Virus record (IMG/VR): IMGVR_UViG_3300013286_000501 | Coordinates: 1 to 64,000 of that record | Origin: a virus | Length of the DNA stretch: 64,000 nucleotides | Direction: 5' to 3' (one strand) | In this document: positions 54,197-64,000 of the stretch, piece after piece | Position numbering within the stretch: the first letter of the stretch is position 1 | How the letters are laid out: each line of letters begins with the position of its first letter | Position numbers and translations under genes: made by a program | Notes under the pieces: model-generated | What the model was told of the DNA's origin: nothing | Database searches by the model: none | What the model saw: only the letters and a program-made list of their open reading frames with translations

Positions 54197-56209
54197 TTAT
54201 TGTAAAATGTTAATATTAAATTCTATGCTAGAAATTGTTGCAGTTGAAGTCGAGTCATTCCTAGCAGTTAGTGTGACATAATTAGTAGTAGTAGACGATG
54301 TTGTATTCACATCTATTACAATAGGGCTTGATACAGATCTTGCCAAAATATATTGATTTAGATTATCAAATGTCATTACTGGAGCAGACTGTGTATCAAA
54401 TACTGCAACGTTTCCACTACTGGTATTAAAGTAAGTTATCTGTGCAGCATTATTGTTATTGGCTGTGTCTACAAGGAACCATGTTCCATCTGTTTCAACA
54501 GGTGTTCCCGGATACGGCTCACTAACTCCGATGATGTCTCTAAAATTGCGATGGTCAACTAAATTAACTACAAATTGTGTAGGACTATGTAGTACACCTG
54601 TAGATGTTGATATGTTTTCTTCAATAACAAGATCGCTAGAATTAAAATTGTAAGTATCTGTTAATGATGCAAATGCTTCCGTTGAAGTACTTGATGATCC
54701 TACATTAACTACAACGTTACCTTTTCTAGACAACACAGTATTAACCAACTGGTACTGAATAGTAACCATCTGGTCGTAATCATTCAAACCAATTTTCATT
54801 AAGTTTTGAATTCCGTGTGTAACTGAAGTATATGTTCCAATGGTTGCAGTGAATACAGCACTATCATCTATAATTGCTCTGCCTTTTACTAATGGGTAGT
54901 AATAAAATGCCGCATTGGTTGTAGAGTTAGCAACTGTTCTTCTATGGAAATAGTCATTAACAGTTTTGTTGCCTTCGGAATAAAAAGTGATAACAGATGT
55001 TGCTGTAGAATTAATAGTGGTGTGATCATCTAGTTCACGACCGTTGCCAACCTGTACAAAATAATTATTTTCGCTAACATGCATAGTCTTGTTGGTACTG
55101 GGTCCAACGAAGATAGCTTCACGTACAATACTCTTAAATCTATTAGAGCTAATCAATCCGTTAGTTGGACCTAACAATGCATCAGATGCATATAATGATA
55201 CACCTCTATCTAGATTACTAAACACGTTGTCAGTTATAACAGGACGAACAATAGTACCTGTACCTTCTACACCTGTGTACAACCTATCAAAATTACATCT
55301 GTGGATCTGTATATTTTCGCATAGGTTAACATCACCCGATTCAATGCCACCACCTGTTCCTCTAATAGAAATTCCAATACCACTACCTACAAGACTATAT
55401 GTAGCTGTGCTAGTTGTATCAATAGCTGTTCTAAAAGATACATTTTCAATAATAGTATTCAACACATTGTCGACAGATATCAATGCAGGACTAGCGGCAT
55501 TGTTAGTTGATGTAGAATACCGCAATGTCATACCTTTGATGGTGACTTGTCTTGCACGTTTTACACCACCGCTCATACCCACTTCATATGTATGCCCTTC
55601 TGCATCAACAGTTCTAAACATGTTGGTGATAGTAGATGCTAATGTTAATGTAGTTAATTCCTGTCCTTCACCTTCGATAGAAGTATATGGAGGCAAATTT
55701 ATAACTTCATTAATCAAGTAGTTGCCTGCCGGAACAATTAGTTTACGTCTAGCATCTCTTCTTTGTAGATCACTCCAGTTTCCATTCTTAAACAAATCAT
55801 TGACTGCTAGTTGAAATTTAGCAGTAATATCAGTAGCTGTGGAACTTACTCTAACATCATAGTCTGTTAAGTTAACTGTATTGTCTGACTTGACGGCAAC
55901 TGAAGAAATAGACGAATGTATAAAATTTACACCATCTCTATATTTGTATGAGCTAGTAGTAGCATCTTGACTATGAGGGCGGAATGTACTAAAAATACCA
56001 CCTAACTGATCAATAATATCAGCCTTGTCATTATCAGTTAAGATACGCGAGTTGTTATCGTTTGTAGCACCTTCTGATATGCGCTTACCAATATATAAGT
56101 GTTCAGTATCTTCTGCCCATCCAAATTCGCCGGGTGCTAGTTGCGGAATGCCCGTTTGATTTTCTTGTCCTCTACGGATTTGTATCTTCGCTATTTCTAA
56201 AATTGCCAT
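54197..56209 (-). CDS. tail fibre/spike-like virion protein with beta-helix
   Basis: N-terminal IQIRRG..L.PGEFG...D...LYIG; pectin-lyase-like VPAGNY..LPPY..GEG. Confidence 0.7.
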   Translation of the reverse strand: MAILEIAKIQIRRGQENQTGIPQLAPGEFGWAEDTEHLYIGKRISEGATNDNNSRILTDNDKADIIDQLGGIFSTFRPHSQDATTSSYKYRDGVNFIHSSISSVAVKSDNTVNLTDYDVRVSSTATDITAKFQLAVNDLFKNGNWSDLQRRDARRKLIVPAGNYLINEVINLPPYTSIEGEGQELTTLTLASTITNMFRTVDAEGHTYEVGMSGGVKRARQVTIKGMTLRYSTSTNNAASPALISVDNVLNTIIENVSFRTAIDTTSTATYSLVGSGIGISIRGTGGGIESGDVNLCENIQIHRCNFDRLYTGVEGTGTIVRPVITDNVFSNLDRGVSLYASDALLGPTNGLISSNRFKSIVREAIFVGPSTNKTMHVSENNYFVQVGNGRELDDHTTINSTATSVITFYSEGNKTVNDYFHRRTVANSTTNAAFYYYPLVKGRAIIDDSAVFTATIGTYTSVTHGIQNLMKIGLNDYDQMVTIQYQLVNTVLSRKGNVVVNVGSSSTSTEAFASLTDTYNFNSSDLVIEENISTSTGVLHSPTQFVVNLVDHRNFRDIIGVSEPYPGTPVETDGTWFLVDTANNNNAAQITYFNTSSGNVAVFDTQSAPVMTFDNLNQYILARSVSSPIVIDVNTTSSTTTNYVTLTARNDSTSTATISSIEFNINILQ

Positions 56210-56238
56210 GGAAATATCCCTTGTATGGGATATTTATC

Positions 56239-56964
56239 TTACTGTGTGAGCAATTGCTTCAAGCCGTTCATGCCTGTAGTATAGTATTCTTCTACTTTAC
56301 CCAACCAAATATCTTCATATTTGTTAAAGTTATCTTTAGTTAAATCAAATTGTTGATACTGTAGATCTCTGCTACACATAAAGATAACACCTCTACGAAT
56401 GTCAGTACCATATACTTCATTATGTGCTAGGATATAGGCAACTAACTGCACATAGTAATCTTCAACCCACTCTGCTTTTTTTGCCTTGTTTGATTGTTTG
56501 TGGTCGCAAACTGCTGGTTCACCTTCAAACACTCCTACCAAGTCTGTAGTTCCGCTGTACAGTCCTGGGAAGTATAATGACTGTTCCATGGCCCATACTT
56601 CGTTCATTTTGATTAGTCCGTTTTCGATAATAACATCGGCCATTTTGTTAGCCTGCACATGCACCGCATTATTGCCGGGCTGTCGTTGTTCGCCAATTAG
56701 GAAACGTTCTAGGTTGGCGTGCATACTTGTTCCTACAGAAGCGGCTTCGGTGGTAATTTGTTGTGCCTTTTCAACACCTACTCGTTTCTTCCATTCATTT
56801 AAATGTGTCATATCTTTTGTTGCACCTAGAATAGTTGTTACGCTAGGCAACGACTCACCATCCGGAGTTTGATAAACACGCTTCCTTGTTACGGGATCGT
56901 TTACCTGTACGCAGTTTTTATATTGGAATCGTTCAATGAACGGAGGAGGAGTATATATAGTCAT
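56239..56964 (-). CDS. PD-(D/E)xK exonuclease
   Basis: PSVTTIL, GT.MH, GTTDL, DHK, QL.AY; TTGACA-17-TATAAT at 56972-57000. Confidence 0.85.
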   Translation of the reverse strand: MTIYTPPPFIERFQYKNCVQVNDPVTRKRVYQTPDGESLPSVTTILGATKDMTHLNEWKKRVGVEKAQQITTEAASVGTSMHANLERFLIGEQRQPGNNAVHVQANKMADVIIENGLIKMNEVWAMEQSLYFPGLYSGTTDLVGVFEGEPAVCDHKQSNKAKKAEWVEDYYVQLVAYILAHNEVYGTDIRRGVIFMCSRDLQYQQFDLTKDNFNKYEDIWLGKVEEYYTTGMNGLKQLLTQ

Positions 56965-56996
56965 AAACTTAATTATAACTATATATTCTCATGATG

Positions 56997-57338
56997 TCAA
57001 ATTTTAGGAGTAAGATCCGAATTTGATTTTGCCATTTGATCTACGCTAGAGCCCGAAGATTTTTTAACAGCCGGATCTTGTGCATCGCCGGGCACTTTTG
57101 TTTTTAATACCACTGTGCCGTTGTCTAAAATATCTTGGATTACATCACCAGCTGGATCAACTTCATTCTTAAGTGCAATTAGTCCGTCCGGTGTGCTGAT
57201 GCCTAAACCAAATGGACGGATCATATTCATCACTGCAGGAAAAGGCAACTCTGATGGTTGCCCTTGCTTGTTTGCTAGTCCTTGGAATACTGCTAGAACA
57301 TCTCTAGCAGATCCCAAATCTACTTCCAGTAATCTCAT
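56997..57338 (-). CDS. hypothetical late protein
   Basis: TAATG-coupled ORF. Confidence 0.65.
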   Translation of the reverse strand: MRLLEVDLGSARDVLAVFQGLANKQGQPSELPFPAVMNMIRPFGLGISTPDGLIALKNEVDPAGDVIQDILDNGTVVLKTKVPGDAQDPAVKKSSGSSVDQMAKSNSDLTPKI

Positions 57339-58822
57339 TACTTGGCTAGTTTAGACATGATGCTGTGTGATTCAGCTAGCTTGCGAGCAAACTTGCTTTC
57401 ACGCATTGCGCGACCACTTGTCTCTGGTCCACCGGCAGCAGCATCAGCAGCGCCAAATTCATCACCAGCTGGCATTGGATTCATTTCATCAGGAGCACTC
57501 ATGTCCATTCCATCTTCTGGAGGCATACCTGGCTCCATACCCATTGGCTCTTCTGGCATACCGCCACCTGCTAGAGCAGCAACAGCAGCACTGATAGTTT
57601 CACGTTGTTGTGTTAGTACTTCTAGAGTAGCACTTAATGCAGGAGCAACTGCGGCTTTGAATGCTTCGGATTCAGCTTGACCAAAGTCTGCCTTGATACT
57701 ATCAGCTAATTCAATCATGCTCTTGGTTTGATATTGACCAACACGTTGCATCCAGCTTGTATAGTCATTGACCATGTCGCCAGCAGCAGTAATAGCTTTA
57801 GCTTTACCTTCTTCGTCTTCTGACAACAAGAACTGTAAGCTCTCATTTACAAAACGTACATTGTGTTTAAAATTGCTTTCTTCTAGTTGACCAGCTTTTT
57901 TCATCTTTTGGAATTGTGCGCCAGCAATTTTCTGACCTTTTTCACCTCCACCCGCTTTCTTGGCAAGTGCTTTGAAACCAGTAGTCTTGTTGTTGTGCTT
58001 GCCCATGTCGCCTTCGTACATGCCCATACATTCTTTGCAGTCACAATCATTAGGATGTGCTTTGCCTTCTTTCATTTTCTTATCGCTGTCAGGAGTCTTT
58101 GGAGCATCCTTGCCACCATAGTTCTTACCAGCAGTGTGCTTTAGGCCAGTAGCAGTCTTTGTGATTTCGCCACCTGTGCTAGACTTCTTCTTCTCGCCAG
58201 CTTTCATACCAGCTGTACCAGCGGCAGCTTTTTTAGCATCGTCAACAGTTGGGAAGCCTTCCTTAACTGGATATTCTTTACCGCCTACTTTAACTTTCTC
58301 GCCAGGTTGAATACCATCTTTCTTTGCGTTGCGAACAGCTTGGCCAAAGGCGTTACCTTCTAGTTCTTTTTCATCTTTCTTGATAGTCTCTTTGACTTTA
58401 GCACTCTTGGCCGCGCTTTTCATCGGTTCGGCCTTGTTACCGTCTTTGTCTAAATCAAGAAAGTCTGGTTTACTGCCTTTAGCTTTCTTGGCATGTTTGA
58501 TGTCGCGTACACCTTTTTTGGCCTCGCTTAATTGATCCATACGATCGCGTAGTTGTTGCATTTGTTCGCCTAGCATTTCTTTAATCCTTGTGTTTAGCAA
58601 ATCTAACATTGCTTTATCTTTTTGGTATGTCTCGTTGGTCAGCAGGTCATTAATACCAGCGGCACCTTCCTGTTGAAAAATACGTGTGCGTAACTTGTTA
58701 CGTATGTCTTCTAGCTGTTCTCTGTCATACTTGGCTAGATTAACACGAGCACCGAAACGCTTTTCCAAGTCCTCTTTGAGTTGAGCACTTGTAATTGCTT
58801 TGTTAAAATCTGTGGTTTTCAT
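57338..58822 (-). CDS. charged virion/head-associated protein
   Basis: Lys/Glu-rich low complexity, EF-hand-like DLDKDGN; TATAAATA upstream. Confidence 0.6.
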   Translation of the reverse strand: MKTTDFNKAITSAQLKEDLEKRFGARVNLAKYDREQLEDIRNKLRTRIFQQEGAAGINDLLTNETYQKDKAMLDLLNTRIKEMLGEQMQQLRDRMDQLSEAKKGVRDIKHAKKAKGSKPDFLDLDKDGNKAEPMKSAAKSAKVKETIKKDEKELEGNAFGQAVRNAKKDGIQPGEKVKVGGKEYPVKEGFPTVDDAKKAAAGTAGMKAGEKKKSSTGGEITKTATGLKHTAGKNYGGKDAPKTPDSDKKMKEGKAHPNDCDCKECMGMYEGDMGKHNNKTTGFKALAKKAGGGEKGQKIAGAQFQKMKKAGQLEESNFKHNVRFVNESLQFLLSEDEEGKAKAITAAGDMVNDYTSWMQRVGQYQTKSMIELADSIKADFGQAESEAFKAAVAPALSATLEVLTQQRETISAAVAALAGGGMPEEPMGMEPGMPPEDGMDMSAPDEMNPMPAGDEFGAADAAAGGPETSGRAMRESKFARKLAESHSIMSKLAK

Positions 58823-58850
58823 GTAAGTTCCAAAAAGTGTTTAGTATTAT

Positions 58851-59318
58851 TTATACGAGTTTTCGAAGTTTCTCGAAACTCTTGTTAATAGTAGTGCGAC
58901 ATTGTTCTTTTTTGGCACGAGCTACAGTACATTTACCCATCATTACTTCAAAGTGTTCTAATGATTTCTTCTTGCTTAATCGAACAGCACGTTCATGTAC
59001 CATTTCATCAAACAGGGCATAACCATAGTTTTGATCTTCTTTAAGTAGCGCATCATCCAAAAACTTGCCTAGTGCTAATCCGTTGGCTAGCAAAATAGCA
59101 GTATGGGGTAAATTAATTTGATCAACAATTGCATCACCACTGCGATTAACTATAGCATAAAATCCATCAGAATCTTTAGTTATAGTGAAATTATCTAGTG
59201 TTATTGATCCGTCTTTATTTTCTACAGGAATTACAAGTCCCTTACGGCGAAAATCTTGTTTGACTTCCGTAGAGACTTTTATCAACTTCTTATATAGTTC
59301 GTCAGTTAGTGGTTTCAT
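58851..59318 (-). CDS. hypothetical phage protein
   Basis: ORF track. Confidence 0.65.
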   Translation of the reverse strand: MKPLTDELYKKLIKVSTEVKQDFRRKGLVIPVENKDGSITLDNFTITKDSDGFYAIVNRSGDAIVDQINLPHTAILLANGLALGKFLDDALLKEDQNYGYALFDEMVHERAVRLSKKKSLEHFEVMMGKCTVARAKKEQCRTTINKSFEKLRKLV

Positions 59319-59511
59319 TTACATTATTGATCAGTGTAGTGCTGTCTTTACTTATTGCGTAAATGCCCTTACGAACTAAACTCTGGGCTAGCCACTTATC
59401 ATGCTCGTCTAGGCTTGTTAGTCTAACATCTTTCTCAAAACGTTCCATGAACTTTTGTTCTTCGTTAGTGACTGGGATTCTTACACCCGATAGGAGCTGA
59501 TGGATTTTCAT
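59302..59511 (-). CDS. hypothetical phage protein
   Basis: Coupled ORF. Confidence 0.6.
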   Translation of the reverse strand: MKIHQLLSGVRIPVTNEEQKFMERFEKDVRLTSLDEHDKWLAQSLVRKGIYAISKDSTTLINNVNETTN

Positions 59512-59852
59512 GGTGTAGGTTGTTGCATTTGCTGTTGCATCTGCTGTTGTTTCTGTTTGAGGCCTACAATCTGTGCTGCAATTTTATCAAGGTCTGTCAT
59601 TGTAGTTTTCATACCTTGTTGCAGAGCTGGATTGATAGGAACAGGTTGTGATCCAGTAGCTGTTTGTTGTTGCGGCTGTTGACCAATTTTAGGAGCATTG
59701 GGGTTAGGTGGTGTTGTTGCTACAGGCTGTGTTCCGGGCGCGGGAGGAATAGTTCCTGCAGGAGCACCAGTCTTGGGCAATCCATTTGGCTGCAAAGGAT
59801 CAGTGGTAGAACCAATAGTTCCTATAGCTTCGAATAACTCTTTAATTTTCAT
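59508..59852 (-). CDS. Pro/Gln-rich hypothetical protein
   Basis: ORF track. Confidence 0.6.
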   Translation of the reverse strand: MKIKELFEAIGTIGSTTDPLQPNGLPKTGAPAGTIPPAPGTQPVATTPPNPNAPKIGQQPQQQTATGSQPVPINPALQQGMKTTMTDLDKIAAQIVGLKQKQQQMQQQMQQPTP

Positions 59853-59853
59853 G

Positions 59854-60090
59854 TTAACTCATTTTTGTTAGTATAACAAGAACTACGCTTATAACACCAG
59901 TTACTACTGTACCTGCTGTACCTACTAATACTTTGAACATGCTATTGTGGCTGTCCTCGATTAGTTTTTGTAAAGAACCAACTTTGTTTTCAATAGTGGT
60001 CAATCTATTTTCTATTTGACTATAGCGTAATGCACACAGTTCTACGTGTGTTTCTAAATTCTCTTTTTCGATTTCCGTGGGTGACGACAT
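59854..60090 (-). CDS. small coiled-coil protein with C-terminal TM
   Basis: LETHVELCALRY.. plus hydrophobic tail. Confidence 0.6.
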   Translation of the reverse strand: MSSPTEIEKENLETHVELCALRYSQIENRLTTIENKVGSLQKLIEDSHNSMFKVLVGTAGTVVTGVISVVLVILTKMS

Positions 60091-60135
60091 GTATATGCTC
60101 CAAAATGACGCGCTAATAACCTAACTAACCGTTGC

Positions 60136-60564
60136 CTATATTGCGCCTTTGAGAGCCTTGATGATTGTGTTTTTATATTGACTATCTTTGAGATCGAAGA
60201 TAGCCTTGTCAATATTTATCGTTTCTAAAAGATTTTTGGTAAACGGCACTTGATTGAGGTCATTGACTAGTTCACCGACTGGATCATTTCTATCATCTGT
60301 ATATACTCCTTCGCGATCTGGGGTAATTCTAAATGTCCATACAGTATGTTTGCCTTTGTATGCACTGCCAAAGCCCATGTCTTTAATATCAACGGTGTCA
60401 AATGCAGGACGACTATCGTAGCTGACAATAGATCTAATCTCAATACACTGCATCAGTGTGATAAAGTTTCGTTGTTGATCTAACTGTAGCTGTGTGCCTT
60501 GATTGGGTCTTATCACTCTGGTGTTAGTGATATCAACTAGTGTTTGAATTTCTATGATCTGCAT
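60136..60564 (-). CDS. hypothetical late protein
   Basis: ATAAATA upstream; ORF track. Confidence 0.65.
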   Translation of the reverse strand: MQIIEIQTLVDITNTRVIRPNQGTQLQLDQQRNFITLMQCIEIRSIVSYDSRPAFDTVDIKDMGFGSAYKGKHTVWTFRITPDREGVYTDDRNDPVGELVNDLNQVPFTKNLLETINIDKAIFDLKDSQYKNTIIKALKGAI

Positions 60565-60642
60565 AATATACCTATATAATATATTTATGCCACAAAAAAA
60601 GGTACTTAAAAAAGCACCTTCTTTGTTTTCTAACTTTTAATA

Positions 60643-61044
60643 TTAGAATGCGTTACCACGAACACCAGCAGCTACAGTAGTAGAACCGTTAGCAATACCT
60701 TGTAAGGCACCAGTAACTGTACCAGAAGCCTGGATTAGAGTAGTTAGACGTTGAACAAAAGTCTGGCTGCTATTACCGTCATACATTTCAGTACCAAAGT
60801 CGCCGCCAAGTGCTGCAACAGCGATTGGCAATGTTGTTGTAGAAACTGTACCGATCAACTCAATGCTAGCAATTTGACTGATAGCTTCTAGAGCTTGTGC
60901 AACTGGACTCTTAACACCCGCAACAGTAGCAGTTAAAACACCACTAACATCACCTGGGAATGTGATTGTAACGAACTGTAGAGATACACCGTTCTTATAA
61001 AAAGGCGCTACAACCTTTTCGTTTTTCTTAATAATTTGAGCCAT
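60643..61044 (-). CDS. probable virion structural protein
   Basis: Strong SD AGGAGG, late motif, downstream terminator, Ala/Thr/Gly-rich. Confidence 0.6.
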   Translation of the reverse strand: MAQIIKKNEKVVAPFYKNGVSLQFVTITFPGDVSGVLTATVAGVKSPVAQALEAISQIASIELIGTVSTTTLPIAVAALGGDFGTEMYDGNSSQTFVQRLTTLIQASGTVTGALQGIANGSTTVAAGVRGNAF

Positions 61045-61145
61045 TTTGGCCTCCTAATCTTTTTATTTTTGAGCTTCCCTATGAAGCTCTAGTGTAATTA
61101 TTTATCAAATTGATAAAATAATATCCAATATGGGTATAAAACTGA

Positions 61146-61445
61146 TCAATCGTCGTCTTTAAGATCGCCTTCTATAATGGTCAAATGACGGGCGGTTTCT
61201 TTACTATCACGTAGTCTGCGTATGCTACGGACAAATTTGCTAGAATCACCACCTTTGATACTGTTGAGCAATCTACGTTCTAACTCGTAGGCCTGTTCTA
61301 GTGGAAAGTTTTCTTTGATCAGTGTCAATAAATTGATGGCACTGTCAATAACATGAGTAGCCCTAGCTTCGATGATAGCTTCACCATTCTTCTTTTCGGA
61401 TATGGAATTAAGTTCTTCTAATAGACTTTTAGTGGCTCGTTTCAA
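61146..61445 (-). CDS. hypothetical phage protein
   Basis: ORF track (TTG start). Confidence 0.6.
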   Translation of the reverse strand: MKRATKSLLEELNSISEKKNGEAIIEARATHVIDSAINLLTLIKENFPLEQAYELERRLLNSIKGGDSSKFVRSIRRLRDSKETARHLTIIEGDLKDDD

Positions 61446-61621
61446 GTTAGTGTCCTTTTTGATATTTAGTATTATTATAGCATAGATATTGTAAAACTAA
61501 CATTAGTATTGGCTCACTAAAGAAAAGACTTTTGCGGCGGCGCAACATATGTTATACTAAATACAATATCAGTGTTTACCATGAGTCGATACTGATAAAA
61601 CATAACACACAGGAGAAAATT

Positions 61622-61810
61622 ATGTTAAATGAATTAGCCCTATACTTCCAAAAGATGTTTAGCGCATTTGATAAGCCATTAACCTATGGCTCGGCACTAG
61701 AAAATTATATTGTTAGCCACAATCCACAAGACGGATGCGATGTTGACCGTCTAACTAGAGAGTTTGATCTAAAAAATTCAACTCGTACCACAGCAGGGTG
61801 GCCAGTATGA
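61622..61810 (+). CDS. small hypothetical protein
   Basis: SD AGGAG; start re-assigned to MLNEL. Confidence 0.55.
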   Translation: MLNELALYFQKMFSAFDKPLTYGSALENYIVSHNPQDGCDVDRLTREFDLKNSTRTTAGWPV

Positions 61811-61984
61811 TTATGAAAATATTAACTGCTATTTTTGATTTCCTAATAGAACTTGGCGAATATCGTTATGAAGTTATGAAGTCCCATGGTTATAAGGCAT
61901 GGTATTGATATGAGTAAAGATTGTTCTTTATTTTCAGTTGGTATTATGCTGTTCCTTTTTGGTATGCTTGTACTAGTAGTTTAA

Positions 61985-62542
61985 ATGCCACATGCTACCG
62001 TTAGACGGGTATTGCCACACGAATACCATAAGTATAGATCACACCTTAAGGCCTTGGATGCGGAATCTAAGACACTCCGGTTTGGTCATCCTGTCACTGA
62101 CTATGTGATAGACAACTTATGTGATAAGTTTGAAACAGATATCAGCAATCATGTATTATTTGCTATAGAAAACCGTAAGTTAGAATTTATTGCCGTGGGA
62201 CATATTGCATTAGATGGAGGTATGGAACTGGCATTTAGTGTGCTCAAGAAACATCAAGGCCGAGGCTTTGGTAATTTATTAATGAAGCGTTGCATACAAT
62301 ACTGCCGCACACACGATATACTTAACGGCAACATGATCTGTTTAAGTTCCAACTCTGTTATTCGTCATCTATGCAAGAAGTATGACATCAGCATAGAAAA
62401 TGATCACGGCGAAAGCCTTGCTAACATTCAATTGCCGCCTGCTGGCATCGATACCTACATCAGTGAAACTATAGACAACAACATGTCTGCATTAGACTAC
62501 ATTACCAAGCGGGCAAATAACAACACACTATTTTTATCGTAA
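61985..62542 (+). CDS. GNAT acetyltransferase
   Basis: ELAFSV..HQGRGFG..L motif A. Confidence 0.85.
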   Translation: MPHATVRRVLPHEYHKYRSHLKALDAESKTLRFGHPVTDYVIDNLCDKFETDISNHVLFAIENRKLEFIAVGHIALDGGMELAFSVLKKHQGRGFGNLLMKRCIQYCRTHDILNGNMICLSSNSVIRHLCKKYDISIENDHGESLANIQLPPAGIDTYISETIDNNMSALDYITKRANNNTLFLS

Positions 62543-62632
62543 AGATTGTTTTACACAGATAGTCTGTGTATAATAAATACATAGACAGCAATAATGCTGT
62601 TTACACATAGACATACACATAAGGAGAATAAT

Positions 62633-62905
62633 ATGTCAAATACATTCAATGCACCAAAACTACCAGAAGTTAAATTTAACAAGAATGGATACGAACTGAG
62701 AACAGATATCTTGGGCATGGCAAAAAGCCTAGTACAAGATGACTTTAGTGCTAAGTTCCAAGGATGGGAAATGACTGCTGCTCGTGATGAGAAGACTGGT
62801 CAAATCGTTAGTACAGTTAAGATGCCAGAGTTCCCAGGACTTGACAAAGTTCTAGAAACAGCGGAAAAAATGTACGCATTTGTCAACGCTGGCACAAAGA
62901 AATAA
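62633..62905 (+). CDS. hypothetical phage protein
   Basis: SD AAGGAG; KNGYELR.DIL.MAK..VL..AE.MY.FV. Confidence 0.7.
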   Translation: MSNTFNAPKLPEVKFNKNGYELRTDILGMAKSLVQDDFSAKFQGWEMTAARDEKTGQIVSTVKMPEFPGLDKVLETAEKMYAFVNAGTKK

Positions 62906-62956
62906 TATAATAAAAATAATATTAGGGCATAGCCCAAAAATAATATAGTAAGTAAT

Positions 62957-62982
62957 GAAAAAGGACCTTCGGGTCCTTTTTC
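62957..62982. terminator. bidirectional intrinsic terminator
   Basis: AAAAAGGACC-TTCG-GGTCCTTTTT between convergent genes. Confidence 0.85.
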
Positions 62983-62998
62983 TACGAGTCCGGAGTAA

Positions 62999-63415
62999 TT
63001 ATATAATAATTGGTTTAGAGGATAGATAGTTTGGGTATTGGCGGTTAAAATGGCGCATGATAATCCCCGCCATTTGGTTTGCTTGATTTTCTTCCGGACT
63101 ACCTGTGACGCCGCTTTGGTCGTTAAGTTGATGCTCCGAGTCCTGCTTGTAGTGAGTTAGTTCGTGTGCCACTGTGCGTAGTATGTCATTAGGATGACGG
63201 TCTGCTAGTGCAACATATAGAGTATGTTCACCATTGACATACATACCAAACGTTGGTTGATGTACGTCTTTAATATGCGAAGTGAAATGCATCTTGGGTA
63301 GATGATCTAACTCTAAATAGTGCATGGCTAACGGCAAGAATTTAGAAAACATTTCTACAAAGTCTTCTTTACTATTACCGTGGACGTTTTCAGTGAGGAA
63401 TTGTGCAGCTCGCAT
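62999..63415 (-). CDS. HExxH zinc metallopeptidase-like protein
   Basis: LRTVAHELTH..Q, E..AN. Confidence 0.75.
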   Translation of the reverse strand: MRAAQFLTENVHGNSKEDFVEMFSKFLPLAMHYLELDHLPKMHFTSHIKDVHQPTFGMYVNGEHTLYVALADRHPNDILRTVAHELTHYKQDSEHQLNDQSGVTGSPEENQANQMAGIIMRHFNRQYPNYLSSKPIII

Positions 63416-63561
63416 ACTTGTATTTAGTTGCCGCTTACTTTATGCGGCACCGCGTTTTTTAAGGCCCGGTAGTGTAATTACGCCAAGTGCTTACGGCACA
63501 ACTCGGACGCCCGGAGCAAGCTCCTAACCGTTGCGACAACGATCCCAAGGTGGGTGTTCTT

Positions 63562-64000
63562 TTAGTCGTCTGAAGCGTTTGCTCCGCAACGGGCCTTCTT
63601 CGCCTTGGTCAACGCACCGAAGTCAACTGGCCATTCTGCACCAGGTTGTAGTTCTTTAGCACCTGCTGGATATGCATACTTAACACCAGCAGCGGTTTCA
63701 ATCTGTGCAATAGGTAAACGGAACTTGGTCAAGTCATTGCCTAGATTAGGATACGGAGCTACGTGTGGGAATGCCCATCCAGCAACTTCATTAGTTTGAT
63801 TGTTGATAACAATCTTGTAGAAACCATGTGGAACAACTACGCCAGTACCGATCTTTTTATCGTTAGCATCATAGACACCGCCTACATAAACTGTATAACT
63901 TTGGTTATGTTGTACAGTCCATCCACGTACACTAGTTTCAAGTAATTTCCAAATGCCGCGATTTAATGAACCTGCTTGTGGGCTCATGTTGGTCATTAGG
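63562..64000 (-). CDS. DNA/RNA non-specific endonuclease (NucA/EndoG family), 5' part beyond window
   Basis: TNMSPQ...LNRGIW..LE..VR, VP..FYKI. Confidence 0.88.
   Translation of the reverse strand, partial: LMTNMSPQAGSLNRGIWKLLETSVRGWTVQHNQSYTVYVGGVYDANDKKIGTGVVVPHGFYKIVINNQTNEVAGWAFPHVAPYPNLGNDLTKFRLPIAQIETAAGVKYAYPAGAKELQPGAEWPVDFGALTKAKKARCGANASDD

Noticed and set aside
56239-56964. Cas4 of a CRISPR system
   Set aside because: No four-Cys Fe-S motif, no array and no other cas genes; ordinary phage PD-(D/E)xK exonuclease

Overview
This window looks like part of a large lytic dsDNA phage genome (T4-like or jumbo type), not a bacterial chromosome. Genes are dense and mostly on the minus strand. 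It has near-perfect sigma70 promoters plus T4-late-like TAAATA promoters, class Ia RNR, a PAAR-like protein and virion-type genes, and it carries isolated host-type genes (dnaK, hsp20, clpS, clpX, rpsU/bS21, iscA, a two-piece tmRNA). The DnaK sequence suggests a proteobacterial, probably betaproteobacterial, host (inference). Layout: 1-3.4 kb is a tRNA/ncRNA array with about 15 near-canonical tRNAs and several non-canonical tRNA-like RNAs; 3.5-10.3 kb is a glycosyl-/methyltransferase cluster; 11.8-19.3 kb is a csgF-csgG-curlin-FecR-curlin-CHASE2 adenylate cyclase operon; 21-25.4 kb holds heme oxygenase, bilin reductase and chaperones; 26.8-28.1 kb is a repeat-delimited mini-gene array; 30-33.4 kb has PlcP/Agt-like lipid remodelling and rubrerythrin-rubredoxin; 46.5-53.7 kb is RNR split by a redox island; 54-64 kb holds late/virion genes. 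The best candidates for undescribed systems are (1) a leader-peptide attenuator in front of the tRNA array, whose 47-codon leader contains all 20 amino acids and could act as a general translation-stress sensor, and (2) the curli-FecR-CHASE2 cyclase trans-envelope signalling operon. All calls come from reading the sequence by eye; no database searches or folding programs were run.
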